The notes: a model not told the origin generated them from the letters alone. DNA of 30,598 bases from a virus (IMGVR_UViG_638341084_000008); one strand, 5' to 3'; positions 8,216-18,266 are shown, counted from the first letter of the stretch. Program-made: numbers and translations.

Positions 8216-9723
8216 TGGCAATTCTTGATGATGTGATTGGCGTTTTTTCACCAGGATGGAAAGCGGCAAGGCTGCGTTCCCGTGCGGTGATCCAGGCTTA
8301 TGAGGCCGTAAAAACGACGCGGACACACAAAGCCCGGCGGGAGAACCGAACTGCCGACCAGTTAAGCCAGTACGGGGCCGTGTCGTTACGTGAGCAGGCC
8401 CGTTACCTTGATAACAACCACGATCTGGTTATTGGTGTATTTGACAAGCTGGAAGAACGGGTGGTGGGGAAAAACGGGATTATTGTCGAGCCACATCCGG
8501 TATTACGCAATGGGGCCATTGCCCGTGATCTGGCAGCGGAGATACGCACCCGATGGAGTGAATGGTCTGTCAGTCCGGAAGTCACCGGGCAGTTTACCCG
8601 TCCGATGCTGGAACGTCTGATGCTGCGTACCTGGCTGCGCGATGGTGAGGTGTTTGCCCAGATGGTTTCCGGGCGCATAAACAGCCTGACGCCTTCTGCC
8701 GGTGTTCATTTCTGGCTGGAGGCGCTCGAGCCGGACTTTATTCCCATGACCAGTGATGAGAGCAACAGGCTGAATCAGGGCGTGTTTGTTGATGACTGGG
8801 GGCGTCCCGAAAAATATCTGGTGTATAAAAGCCGTCCCGTATCCGGGCGGCAGATGGAAACCAAAGAAGTGGATGCAGAGCGAATGCTGCATCTTAAATT
8901 TGTTCGCCGTCTGCACCAGATGCGCGGGACGTCTTTGTTGTCCGGTGTGCTGATCCGCCTCAGTGCCCTGAAAGAGTATGAAGATTCTGAGCTGACTGCA
9001 GCAAGGATCGCCGCTGCTCTGGGGATGTACATCCGGAAAGGCGACGGGCAGAGCTATGAACCGGATGGTAATGGCAGCAAGGAGAATGAACGCGAGCTTA
9101 CCATTCAGCCAGGCATTATTTACGACGATCTGAAACCCGGCGAAGAAATCGGAATGGTGAAGTCGGATCGTCCCAATCCTAACCTGGAAACTTTTCGTAA
9201 TGGTCAGTTGCGTGCCGTGGCGGCGGGCAGTCGTCTGAGTTTTTCCAGTACGGCACGCAACTATAACGGCACTTACAGCGCCCAGCGTCAGGAACTGGTT
9301 GAGTCTACTGATGGCTACCTGATCCTGCAGGACTGGTTTATTGGTGCCGTCACCCGTCCGATGTATCGTGCCTGGCTGAAACAGGCTGTGGCATCCGGTG
9401 TTATCAGGCTACCCCGCGATCTTGACCGTTCTTCACTGTATACCGCGGTGTATTTCGGACCAGTGATGCCGTGGATTGACCCTGTTAAGGAGGCTGAGGC
9501 CTGGAAAATCCAGATTCGTGGTGGAGCGGCGACAGAATCAGACTGGGTACGTGCTGGTGGTCGTAATCCGGATGATGTCAAACGTCGGCGCAAGGCCGAA
9601 ATTGATGAAAACCGCAAGCTGGATCTGGTATTTGATACCGATCCGGCCAGTGATAAAGGAGGCAGCAGTGCCGCAACGAAACGACAGGAGCCGCAGCACA
9701 CCGACGACCAGTCCGAAGAATAA
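8215..9723 (+). CDS. Portal protein (gpB-like)
   Basis: About 500 aa, placed after W. Start ATG at 8215 overlaps the W stop (TGATG). The track's longer ORF from 8143 is an upstream extension. Confidence 0.9.
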   Translation: MAILDDVIGVFSPGWKAARLRSRAVIQAYEAVKTTRTHKARRENRTADQLSQYGAVSLREQARYLDNNHDLVIGVFDKLEERVVGKNGIIVEPHPVLRNGAIARDLAAEIRTRWSEWSVSPEVTGQFTRPMLERLMLRTWLRDGEVFAQMVSGRINSLTPSAGVHFWLEALEPDFIPMTSDESNRLNQGVFVDDWGRPEKYLVYKSRPVSGRQMETKEVDAERMLHLKFVRRLHQMRGTSLLSGVLIRLSALKEYEDSELTAARIAAALGMYIRKGDGQSYEPDGNGSKENERELTIQPGIIYDDLKPGEEIGMVKSDRPNPNLETFRNGQLRAVAAGSRLSFSSTARNYNGTYSAQRQELVESTDGYLILQDWFIGAVTRPMYRAWLKQAVASGVIRLPRDLDRSSLYTAVYFGPVMPWIDPVKEAEAWKIQIRGGAATESDWVRAGGRNPDDVKRRRKAEIDENRKLDLVFDTDPASDKGGSSAATKRQEPQHTDDQSEE

Positions 9724-9736
9724 TTCCTGGTTCAGG

Positions 9737-11695
9737 ATGCAGGCTGGTCACCAGAGTGACGCGGATATTTATATTTATGACGAGATTGGTTTCTGGGGTG
9801 TTACAGCGAAGCAGTTTATCAGTGATCTGAATGCACTGGGCGATATCACCCACATTAATCTTCATATTAATTCACCGGGTGGCGATGTCTTTGAAGGCAT
9901 CGCCATTTTTAATGCACTGAAAACACATGGTGCGTCCATTACCGTTTATGTCGACGGTGTGGCGGCGTCAATGGCGTCGGTCATTGCGATGGTGGGAAAC
10001 CCGGTCATTATGCCGGAAAACACTTTCATGATGATTCATAAACCATTTGGCTTTACGGGCGGTGATGCGGAGGACATGCGCACCTATGCCGACCTGCTCG
10101 ATAAGGTTGAGGCGGTTCTGTTACCCGCTTATGCACAGAAAACCGGGAAAACCACCGATGAAATTGCTGCCATGCTGGCGGATGAGACCTGGATGTCCGG
10201 TGCCGAATGTCTGGCACATGGATTTGCTGATCAGGTAACGCCAGCCGTTAAGGCAATGGCATGTATTCAGTCAAAACGTACAGAGGAATTTAAAAAGATG
10301 CCGGAATCCATTCGAAACATGATTACTCCGCCACGCAACAGTGCTCCACGCGTACAGGATAATGAACCTGTAGCCTCCCGGACGCCAGTGCAGGCAGCAG
10401 CACCTGTGGTGGATGAAAACAGTATCCGTGCGCAGGTACTGGCAGAGCAAAAAGCGCGTGTAAACGGTATTAATGATTTGTTTGCCATGTTTGGCGGGCG
10501 TTATCAGACGCTGCAGGCTCAGTGTCTTGCCGATCCTGAATGTTCGCTGGAGCAAGCCCGCGAAAAGCTGTTGAACGAGATGGGGCGCGAGTCCACGCCA
10601 TCCAATAAAAATACCCCGGCTCATATTTATGCCGGTAACGGTAATTTTGTGGGGGACGGGATCCGCCAGGCGCTGATGGCGCGTGCCGGATTTGAAAAAA
10701 CCGAACGTGATAATGTCTACAACGGGATGACCCTGCGTGAATATGCTCGTATGTCACTGACTGAACGGGGGATTGGGGTTTCCAGTTATAACCCGATGCA
10801 GATGGTCGGTGCGGCGTTCACACACAGTACGTCTGACTTCGGTAATATTCTGCTGGATGTTGCGAACAAAGCCATTCTGCAGGGCTGGGAAGATGCCCCT
10901 GAAAGCTATGAACAGTGGACGCGGAAAGGTCAGTTGTCTGATTTTAAAATTGCCCATCGTGTGGGTATGGGGGGCTTCAGTGCTCTGCGTCAGGTGCGTG
11001 AAGGGGCGGAATATAAATACGTCACCACCGGAGATAAACAGGCCACTATTGCACTGGCGACCTATGGCGAGCTGTTCAGTATCACCCGTCAGGCCATTAT
11101 CAATGATGATCTGAATATGCTGACCGATGTCCCGATGAAACTGGGCCGTGCGGCGAAATCCACTATTGCCGATCTGGTTTATGCCATTCTGACGTCTAAC
11201 CCGAAAATCTCCACAGATAATGTAAGTCTGTTCGATAAAGCGAAACATGCAAACGTACTGGAGAGCGCTGCAATGGACGTGGCATCGCTGGATAAAGCCC
11301 GCCAGTTGATGCGTGTTCAGAAAGAGGGGGAGCGTCATCTGAATATTCGTCCTGCGTTCGTACTGGTACCAACGGCGATGGAGTCTGTTGCTAACCAGGT
11401 CATTCGCTCCTCAAGTGTCAAGGGGGCTGACATTAACGCCGGTATTATTAACCCGGTGAAAGATTTTGCGACCGTTATTGCAGAGCCTCGTCTTGATGAT
11501 AACAGCCAGACCACCTTCTACCTGGCTGCGTCCAAAGGCTCCGATACGATTGAAGTGGCTTATCTCAACGGTGTGGATACGCCATATATTGATCAGATGG
11601 AGGGCTTCAGTGTGGATGGCGTGACAACGAAAGTGCGTATTGACGCCGGTGTCGCGCCAGTTGATCACCGCGGTCTGGTGAAATGTACGGCGTAA
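9737..11695 (+). CDS. Fused prohead protease (ClpP-like) and major capsid protein
   Basis: The N-terminal part carries a ClpP-type motif (INSPGGDVFEGIAIFNALK). The ORF runs uninterrupted for 652 aa, and the C-terminal part is the size of a major capsid protein. The ATG at 9737 is 14 nt after the portal stop. Confidence 0.75.
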   Translation: MQAGHQSDADIYIYDEIGFWGVTAKQFISDLNALGDITHINLHINSPGGDVFEGIAIFNALKTHGASITVYVDGVAASMASVIAMVGNPVIMPENTFMMIHKPFGFTGGDAEDMRTYADLLDKVEAVLLPAYAQKTGKTTDEIAAMLADETWMSGAECLAHGFADQVTPAVKAMACIQSKRTEEFKKMPESIRNMITPPRNSAPRVQDNEPVASRTPVQAAAPVVDENSIRAQVLAEQKARVNGINDLFAMFGGRYQTLQAQCLADPECSLEQAREKLLNEMGRESTPSNKNTPAHIYAGNGNFVGDGIRQALMARAGFEKTERDNVYNGMTLREYARMSLTERGIGVSSYNPMQMVGAAFTHSTSDFGNILLDVANKAILQGWEDAPESYEQWTRKGQLSDFKIAHRVGMGGFSALRQVREGAEYKYVTTGDKQATIALATYGELFSITRQAIINDDLNMLTDVPMKLGRAAKSTIADLVYAILTSNPKISTDNVSLFDKAKHANVLESAAMDVASLDKARQLMRVQKEGERHLNIRPAFVLVPTAMESVANQVIRSSSVKGADINAGIINPVKDFATVIAEPRLDDNSQTTFYLAASKGSDTIEVAYLNGVDTPYIDQMEGFSVDGVTTKVRIDAGVAPVDHRGLVKCTA

Positions 11696-11718
11696 ACGTC
11701 GCAGACAACAACTCTGAT

Positions 11719-11738
11719 GGCCCGTAAGGGCTTTTTTT
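11719..11738 (+). terminator. Intrinsic terminator after the capsid gene
   Basis: GCCC-GTAA-GGGC hairpin followed by TTTTTTT. The stem is short. Confidence 0.5.
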
Positions 11739-11781
11739 GTACCTGAAATCAGCCCCTGAACGGGGCTGTGCGGAGACAGTT

Positions 11782-12105
11782 ATGGCAAAGAATTTTGTAG
11801 AAGAAGGAAAAACGGTGGCGATTGTTGCCAGTGCAGCCATCAGCAGCGGAGATCTGGTGCAGGTGGGTGATGTTTTTGCGGTGGCGCTGACCGATATTCC
11901 ACAGGGTGAAACAGGCGACGGCATGACCGAAGGTGTGTTTATGCTGCCTAAGCTGAAAACGGATGACATGAAAACGGGTAAGAAGGTTTATCTGAAGTCC
12001 GGAAAAGTTCAGCTGACTAACAGCGGCTCTGATCCGCTGGTCGGGGTTGTCTGGGCAGATGCCGGAACCAGTGCAGAAGAAGTGCCGGTAAAACTCAATG
12101 TCTGA
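11782..12105 (+). CDS. Small head-associated protein (possible decoration or head-stabilisation protein)
   Basis: 107-aa ORF from MAKNFVEEGK, directly after the capsid gene. The function is inferred from position and size only. Confidence 0.55.
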   Translation: MAKNFVEEGKTVAIVASAAISSGDLVQVGDVFAVALTDIPQGETGDGMTEGVFMLPKLKTDDMKTGKKVYLKSGKVQLTNSGSDPLVGVVWADAGTSAEEVPVKLNV

Positions 12106-12373
12106 TCCCTTTTCCCGGCTGGCAGCGCGTATGGATGCGATCACGGTCAGAAAGATGGGAAAGACAGCCTCGATTAATGATGTCGATATGGCTGTGATCC
12201 CGGGCGAAACACTGGCAGAACTGAATGCTCTGTCCGGACCTGCGGTCTCTCTGGTGGTGTTTTCTTCGGGATACCGCCCACGGCGCGGGGATCGCGTTGT
12301 TTATGACGGACAACAATGGACGGTCACACGGCATGAACGCTTTAACGGTAAGCCAATGATCTTTATTGAGTAA
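12098..12373 (+). CDS. Head-tail connector / head completion protein
   Basis: 91-aa ORF whose start overlaps the previous gene's stop. It occupies the position of lambda FI/FII between head and tail genes. Confidence 0.55.
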   Translation: MSDPFSRLAARMDAITVRKMGKTASINDVDMAVIPGETLAELNALSGPAVSLVVFSSGYRPRRGDRVVYDGQQWTVTRHERFNGKPMIFIE

Positions 12374-12384
12374 AGAGGTGTGGG

Positions 12385-12963
12385 ATGAAGGGGCTTGAGA
12401 ATGCCATCCGCAATCTGAACAGCCTTGATACCCGTATGGTGCCACAGGCCAGCGCATGGGCGATAAACCGTGTGGCACAGAAAGCGGTCTCGGTTGCCAC
12501 CCGGCAGGTTGCCGGGAATACCGTTGCGGGAGATAACCAGGTGAAAGGGATCCCCCTGAAACTGGTACGTCAGCGTGTCCGGGTGTTTAAAGCCAGTCCG
12601 TCAGGAAAAATGACGGCCAGGATCCGCGTTAACCGGGGCAATCTGCCCGCCATTAAGCTGGGGACAGCCCGGGTCAGACTGGCCCGGCGTGGTGGAAAAC
12701 TGCAGTACCGTGGCAGTGTGCTGAAGGTGGGTAAATATCTTTTCCGGGATGCGTTTATTCAGCAACTGGCGAATGGTCGCTGGCATGTGATGCGGCGTAT
12801 TGATGGCAAAAATCGTTACCCCATTGATGTGGTGAAAATCCCGCTTTCCGGACCGCTGACACAGGCATTTGAAGATGCCCGCGACCGCATCATTGCTGCG
12901 GAAATGCCGAAACAGCTGGGGTATGCACTGAAACAACAACTGAGGTTATGGCTGACCCGATGA
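12385..12963 (+). CDS. Z: Tail completion protein Z-like
   Basis: 192-aa ORF immediately upstream of U, as Z is in lambda. Assignment is by position and size. Confidence 0.65.
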   Translation: MKGLENAIRNLNSLDTRMVPQASAWAINRVAQKAVSVATRQVAGNTVAGDNQVKGIPLKLVRQRVRVFKASPSGKMTARIRVNRGNLPAIKLGTARVRLARRGGKLQYRGSVLKVGKYLFRDAFIQQLANGRWHVMRRIDGKNRYPIDVVKIPLSGPLTQAFEDARDRIIAAEMPKQLGYALKQQLRLWLTR

Positions 12964-13361
12964 ACCGACATACACAAATCCGCCAGGTCGTACTGGCACG
13001 CCTTCGGGANCAGTGTGGAGACAGCGCCACGTTTTTTGACGGGCTTCCGGCATTTGTTGATGCGCAGGAACTGCCTGCCGTGGCGGTGTGGCTGAGTGAT
13101 GCTCAGTACACCGGAAAAATGACGGATGAAGATGACTGGCAGGCTGTTCTGCATATTGCTGTCTTCATCCGGGCACAGGCACCGGATTCAGAGCTGGATA
13201 TGTGGATGGAGAGCACCATTTTCCCGGCCCTGAATGATGTACCGGCACTTTCCGGACTCATCGACACCCTGATCCCACTCGGTTTTAACTATCAACGTGA
13301 TAATGAGATGGCCACCTGGGCGATGGCGGAAATCACGTACCAGATCACGTACACGAATTAA
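12948..13361 (+). CDS. U: Tail terminator protein U
   Basis: Strong match to lambda gpU from memory (ATFFDGLPAFVDAQELPAVAVWLSDAQYTGK...WQAVLHIAVFIRAQAPDSELDMWMES...ITYQITY). Contains one N at 13010. Confidence 0.85.
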   Translation: MADPMNRHTQIRQVVLARLRXQCGDSATFFDGLPAFVDAQELPAVAVWLSDAQYTGKMTDEDDWQAVLHIAVFIRAQAPDSELDMWMESTIFPALNDVPALSGLIDTLIPLGFNYQRDNEMATWAMAEITYQITYTN

Positions 13362-13371
13362 GGAGGTGGCA

Positions 13372-14115
13372 ATGACCACACCAAATCCACTGGCAAAGAC
13401 GAAAGGTGCGGGGACGACGTTCTGGATGTATACCGGCAACGGCGACGCATTTGCGAACCCTTTGTCGGACACTGACTGGCTGCGTCTTGCGATGGTGAAG
13501 GATCTGCAACCTGGCGAAATGACCGCTGATGCAGAAGATGATACTTATCTCGATGATGAAGATGCAGACTGGAAAACGACAACCCAGGGGCAGAAATCAG
13601 TCGGTGATACTTCGGCGACGCTGGCCTGGCGTCCGGGTGACAGCGGGCAGAAAAAACTGGTTCAGTTGTTCGACTCCGGTGAAGTCTGCGCGTTTCGTAT
13701 CAAATATCCCAACGGTACTGTTGATGTTTTCCGTGGCTGGCTGAGTTCACTGGGTAAAACCATTGCCTCAAAAGACGTGATGACCCGCACTGTGAAAATC
13801 AGCGGTGTGGGGCGTCCGTATCTGGCAGAGGAAGGCACTGAAACAGTGAGCGTTACCGGGCTGACGGTGGCACCGGCATCTGCCAGTGTAAAAGTGGGAG
13901 CAACCACCACGCTGACCTTTACAGTAAAACCTGACGGAGCCAGTGACAAAGCGATCAGTGTGCATTCGTCAGATCCACAGACTGCCACGGTGACCCTGAA
14001 CGGGCTTGTAGCCACGGTGAAAGGCGTGAAGCAGGGCAGTGTCAGCATTGTGGGCATGACCGCTGACGGGAATTTTGTGGCTGTGGCTGCGGTGACTGTC
14101 AGCGCCGCAGGTTAA
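13372..14115 (+). CDS. V: Major tail protein V with C-terminal Ig-like domain
   Basis: MTTPNPLAKTKGAGTTFWMYTGNGDAFANPLSDTDW... matches lambda gpV closely, including the C-terminal Ig-like region. AAGGAGGTG precedes the ATG at 13372. Confidence 0.9.
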   Translation: MTTPNPLAKTKGAGTTFWMYTGNGDAFANPLSDTDWLRLAMVKDLQPGEMTADAEDDTYLDDEDADWKTTTQGQKSVGDTSATLAWRPGDSGQKKLVQLFDSGEVCAFRIKYPNGTVDVFRGWLSSLGKTIASKDVMTRTVKISGVGRPYLAEEGTETVSVTGLTVAPASASVKVGATTTLTFTVKPDGASDKAISVHSSDPQTATVTLNGLVATVKGVKQGSVSIVGMTADGNFVAVAAVTVSAAG

Positions 14116-14135
14116 CAGGACGATACTCATCATTT

Positions 14136-14159
14136 GCCCCGGTTATCCGGGGCTTTTTT
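14136..14159 (+). terminator. Intrinsic terminator (attenuator) after the major tail gene
   Basis: GCCCCGG-TTAT-CCGGGGC hairpin followed by TTTTTT. Confidence 0.6.
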
Positions 14160-14172
14160 GCAGGTGGAGAAC

Positions 14173-14562
14173 ATGATGTTTCTGAAACAGGGCACGTTTA
14201 ATTATGAAAAACAGTCCGTGGTGCTCAGTGAGCTGTCCGGGCTGCAGAGAATTGAATATCTGGCGTTTGTTCAGCAGCGAACGGCAAAGTTTGATGCCGG
14301 TGAGGGAGAACTGCCGGAGGCTGAACGACAGATTGCTTTTCTGCGGATGGGGATGGATATCAATGCCTGGCTGGTTTCCCGCTCACTGTGGAATGCGGAT
14401 CAGTCTAAGGATGTAGAGACGCTTTGCGCATCCGTTATTACAACATGGTCGTATGATGCCCTGGGTGCGGGGGCGGAGATGGTTCTGTCGCTGAGCGGTA
14501 TGGGGGCCATTGATAATGCCGGGGATGATGAGCATGAGGCGCTGACGCCGGAAAAGTCCTGA
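14173..14562 (+). CDS. G: Tail assembly chaperone G
   Basis: Begins MMFLKQGTFNYEKQSVVLSELSGLQRIEYLAF..., which resembles lambda gpG (MFLKTESFEHNGVTVTLSELSALQRIEHLA). The start lies after the terminator, with GGTGGAGA upstream. Confidence 0.8.
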   Translation: MMFLKQGTFNYEKQSVVLSELSGLQRIEYLAFVQQRTAKFDAGEGELPEAERQIAFLRMGMDINAWLVSRSLWNADQSKDVETLCASVITTWSYDALGAGAEMVLSLSGMGAIDNAGDDEHEALTPEKS

Positions 14563-14900
14563 CGCGGGAAATGCAGTTTGTCATGCGGCTTGCCCGGGAG
14601 TTCCGGCGGGCAGACTGGCGGCGGATGCTGTCGGAAATGTCGGCCACTGAGCTTGGTGAGTGGGGCGATTATTTCCGGATGCAGAGCTTCAGTGATGTGT
14701 GGATGGATGCGCAGTTTGCCTCGCTGAAGGCATTGATCGTGAGAATGGTGTCCGGCAGCAGTGATGCTGCGGTGGCTGATTTCAGCCTTTTACCGGAAGA
14801 GAACGGGATACCGGAGCGAACGGACGAAGAACTGATGCATCTTGGGGAAGGTATTTCCGGAGGTGTGCGTTATGGACCAGATAGCCAACCTGGTCATTGA
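14553..14900 (+). CDS. T: T-frame portion of the G-T tail assembly chaperone, expressed by -1 programmed frameshift
   Basis: The T frame is -1 relative to G and overlaps it over 14538-14559. The only slippery-like heptamer in the overlap is G-GAA-AAG (14550-14556), one base different from the lambda GGGAAAG site. The exact shift site is an inference. Confidence 0.6.
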   Translation, partial: KVLTREMQFVMRLAREFRRADWRRMLSEMSATELGEWGDYFRMQSFSDVWMDAQFASLKALIVRMVSGSSDAAVADFSLLPEENGIPERTDEELMHLGEGISGGVRYGPDSQPGH

Positions 14901-17900
14901 TTTGGGGATTGATGCGGCAGAGTTTAAAAATGAAATCCCCCGTATCAAAAACCTTCTGAATGGTGCAGCCAGCGATGCAGAACGGTCTTCTGCCCGTATG
15001 CAGCGTTTTATGGAGCGTCAGACTCAGGCCGCCCGGCAGACAACGCAGGCGGCGTCTTCGGCTGCAACAGCCGCATCCGTCCATGCGCAGACGGTGGAGA
15101 AGAACGCACAGGCTCATGAACGCATGGCCCGCGAGGTGGAGAAAACCCGCCAGCGTATGGAGGCGCTGAGCCAGAAAATGCGCGAGGAACAGGCGCAGGC
15201 CATGGCTCTGGCGGAGGCTCAGGATAAAGCGGCTGCTGCGTTTTATCGTCAGATTGACAGTGTGAAACAGGCCAGTGCGGGTCTGCAGGAATTACAGCGT
15301 ATTCAGCAGCAGATCCGACAGGCCAGAAACAGTGGCGGGATTGGTCAGCAGGATTATCTGGCGCTGATTTCTGAGGTTACGGCGAAAACCCGTGTTCTTA
15401 CACAGGCTGAGGAAGAGGCTACCCGACAGAAAGTGGCGTTTATCCGTCAGCTTAAAGAGCAGGCAACCCGCCAGAATCTTTCTTCTTCTGAGTTGCTTCG
15501 TGCTAAGGCTGCCCAGCTGGGGGTAAGCAGTGCTGCAGAAGTGTATATCCGCAAAATGGAGCAGGCAGGAAAAGCCACGCATTCACTGGGGCTGAAAAGT
15601 GCAGCGGCCCGTCAGGAGATAGGCGTTCTGATAGGTGAACTGGCCCGCGGAAATTTAGGTGCGCTGAGGGGATCCGGAATAACGCTGGCTAACCGTGCCG
15701 GGTGGATAGACACATTGATGTCACCGAAAGGCATGATGCTTGGCGGGGTTATTGGCGGTATTGCCGCGGCTGTCTATGGTCTGGGTAAAGCCTGGTATGA
15801 CGGTCAGAAGGAGGGGGAAGAATTTAACCGCCAGCTGTCGCTGACGGGGCATTATGCCGGAGTCACTGCCGGGCAGCTGTGGACGCTCAGTCGTGCTATT
15901 TCCGGGAATGGTATCACGCAACATGCTGCAGCCGGTGCGCTGGCTCAGGTGGTGGGGAGTGGTGCATTTCGTGGAAACGATATCGGTATGGTGGCGAGAG
16001 CTGCCGCACAGATGGAGCGATCGGTTGGCCAGTCGGTCAGCGATACCATAAATCAGTTTAAGCGGCTGAAGGATGATCCTGTAAATGCCGCGAAGTCTCT
16101 GGACAATGAGCTGCATTTTCTTACTGCCACTCAGCTTGAGCAGATACGCGTCCTTGGAGAGCAGGGGCGGTCCAGTGATGCGGCACGGATAGCCATGTCT
16201 GCACTGGCAGAGGAAACCGGTCGGCGTACTGCGGATATTGATAATAACCTCAATGCGCTGGGCAGTACGCTGCAAACTTTGTCTGACTGGTGGAAGCAGT
16301 TCTGGGATGCGGCCATGAATATTGGTCGTGAAGATTCGCTGGATGCGCAGATTGCCACTTTGCAGGAGAAAGTGTCGCGGGCGAAAAGACTCCCCTGGAC
16401 GGCATCATCTTCTCAGGTTGAATACGATCAGCAGCGTCTTAACGATCTTCAGGAGAAAAAACGCCAGAAGGATTTGCAGGATGCAAAAGAGCAGGCAGAG
16501 CGGAATTATCAGGAGCAACAGAAACGCCGTAATGCTGAAAATGCTGCACTGAACCGGATGAATGAAACGGAAGCTGCACGACATCAGCGTGAAATTGCGC
16601 GTATTAATGCCATGCAGTACGCCGATCAGGCTGTCAGGGATGCGGCGATACAACGTGAAAATGAACGTTACGAGAAAGCCCTGGCATCCGGTAAGAAAAA
16701 AACACGCGAAACCCGTAATGATGAGGCCACCCGGTTATTGCTGCAGTACAGTCAGCAACAGGCACAGGTGGAAGGACAGATTGCTGCTGCAAGACAGTCA
16801 GCAGGCATTGCCACTGACAGGATGACAGAAGCGCATAAACAGCTTCTGGCTCTGCAGCAGCGCATCAGCGATCTGGACGGGAAAAAACTGACGGCAGATG
16901 AAAAGAGTGTGCTGGCCCGTAAAGATGAACTGATTCAGGCACTGACGCTGCTGGATGTAAAACAGCAGGAGCTTCAGAAACAGACGGCACTCAACGATCT
17001 GAAGAAAAAAACAATTCAGCTGACCAGTCAACTGGCTGAAGAAGAGCGCGCTCAGCGTCAGCAACATGACCTGGATATCGCCACGGTGGGTATGGGTGAT
17101 CAGCAGCGGCAGCGATATCAGGTACAACTGAGTCTTCGCCAGAAATACCAGCAACAGCTGGAGCAGTTGAGGCGGGATAGTGAGCAGAAAGGGACATATA
17201 ACACGGATGACTACAGAAAGGCCGAGCAGGCGCTGACGGAGAGTCTGAACCGACAACTGAATGAGAATCGCCGTTACTGGCAACAGCTTGAAATTGCTCA
17301 GGGTAATTGGAAAAACGGAGTCCTGCGTGCACTCCAGAATGTCACTGAGAATGCGGATAACACAGCCGGGACAGTGGAACAGTTGTTCACGTCTGCGTTC
17401 AGTAGCATGAGTGACTGGCTGGCGACATTCTGTACTACAGGCAAACTCAATTTCAAATCTTTTACTTCTTCTGTGCTGTCAGATATGTCCAGAATCATGG
17501 CTCAGATAGCTTTAATGAAAGCGGTAAAAGGCATTGCTTCCGCGCTGCCTTTTGATTTTGTAGCCAATGCTGATGGCGGTGTTTATCAGTCGGCTGATTT
17601 GAGTCGCTACAGTGGCACGGTGGTTAACCGTCCGACGTTTTTTGCTTTTGCAAAAGGCGCGGGTGTGATGGGGGAAGCTGGACCTGAAGCCATTCTGCCA
17701 CTGCGTCGTGGTGCTGACGGTAAGCTGGGGGTTGTGGCGGATATTGGTGGTTCAGGTATGGCGATGTTTGCCCCGCAGTACAACATCGAGATCAATAACG
17801 ATGGCACGAACGGGCAGATAGGTCCTGCTGCCCTGAAGGTGGTTTATGACCTTGGGAAAAAAGCGGCAGCGGACTTTATGCAACAGCAGGCCCGTGATGG

Positions 17901-17928
17901 TGGTCGGTTAAGTGGAGCATATCGGTAA
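14872..17928 (+). CDS. H: Tail tape measure protein H
   Basis: About 1018 aa, coiled-coil and Gln/Ala-rich. The C-terminus (...NNDGTNGQIGPAALKVVYD...) matches lambda gpH. GGAGGTG precedes the ATG at 14872. Confidence 0.85.
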   Translation: MDQIANLVIDLGIDAAEFKNEIPRIKNLLNGAASDAERSSARMQRFMERQTQAARQTTQAASSAATAASVHAQTVEKNAQAHERMAREVEKTRQRMEALSQKMREEQAQAMALAEAQDKAAAAFYRQIDSVKQASAGLQELQRIQQQIRQARNSGGIGQQDYLALISEVTAKTRVLTQAEEEATRQKVAFIRQLKEQATRQNLSSSELLRAKAAQLGVSSAAEVYIRKMEQAGKATHSLGLKSAAARQEIGVLIGELARGNLGALRGSGITLANRAGWIDTLMSPKGMMLGGVIGGIAAAVYGLGKAWYDGQKEGEEFNRQLSLTGHYAGVTAGQLWTLSRAISGNGITQHAAAGALAQVVGSGAFRGNDIGMVARAAAQMERSVGQSVSDTINQFKRLKDDPVNAAKSLDNELHFLTATQLEQIRVLGEQGRSSDAARIAMSALAEETGRRTADIDNNLNALGSTLQTLSDWWKQFWDAAMNIGREDSLDAQIATLQEKVSRAKRLPWTASSSQVEYDQQRLNDLQEKKRQKDLQDAKEQAERNYQEQQKRRNAENAALNRMNETEAARHQREIARINAMQYADQAVRDAAIQRENERYEKALASGKKKTRETRNDEATRLLLQYSQQQAQVEGQIAAARQSAGIATDRMTEAHKQLLALQQRISDLDGKKLTADEKSVLARKDELIQALTLLDVKQQELQKQTALNDLKKKTIQLTSQLAEEERAQRQQHDLDIATVGMGDQQRQRYQVQLSLRQKYQQQLEQLRRDSEQKGTYNTDDYRKAEQALTESLNRQLNENRRYWQQLEIAQGNWKNGVLRALQNVTENADNTAGTVEQLFTSAFSSMSDWLATFCTTGKLNFKSFTSSVLSDMSRIMAQIALMKAVKGIASALPFDFVANADGGVYQSADLSRYSGTVVNRPTFFAFAKGAGVMGEAGPEAILPLRRGADGKLGVVADIGGSGMAMFAPQYNIEINNDGTNGQIGPAALKVVYDLGKKAAADFMQQQARDGGRLSGAYR

Positions 17929-18257
17929 TGGAGACGTTTCACTGGAAAGTGCGCCCGGATATGAATGTGGTATCAGAGCCGAAAGTGGTGACAGTGAAGC
18001 TGGGCGATGGTTATGAACAGCGTCGTGCGGCGGGACTGAATAACCAGTTGTCGACTTACAGCGTGACGATACGTGTTCGTAAATGTGAACACCCATCTTT
18101 AAAAGCCTTTCTGGAACGGCACGGTGGCGTCCGCGCATTTCAGTGGACGCCACCTTATGACTGGAAGCCGATCAGGGTGGTTTGTCGTAAATGGTCGGCA
18201 AGCGTGGGGGCGTTGTGGGTAACCATAACGGCAGATTTTGAACAGGTCGTGGCATAG
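17928..18257 (+). CDS. M: Minor tail protein M
   Basis: METFHWKVRPDMNVVSEPKVVTVKLGDGYEQRRAAGLN... closely matches lambda gpM. Confidence 0.9.
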   Translation: METFHWKVRPDMNVVSEPKVVTVKLGDGYEQRRAAGLNNQLSTYSVTIRVRKCEHPSLKAFLERHGGVRAFQWTPPYDWKPIRVVCRKWSASVGALWVTITADFEQVVA

Positions 18258-18266
18258 GAGGCTCTG

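Noticed and set aside
9476-9736. N-terminal extension of the protease-capsid ORF overlapping the portal gene
   Set aside because: The extension lies inside the portal coding region in another frame. The ATG at 9737 just after the portal stop is the sensible start.
15721-17332. Several 100-180 aa minus-strand ORFs inside the tape measure gene
   Set aside because: They are antisense to the tape measure frame, which is supported by a lambda gpH-like N-terminus and C-terminus. Their composition is low-complexity.
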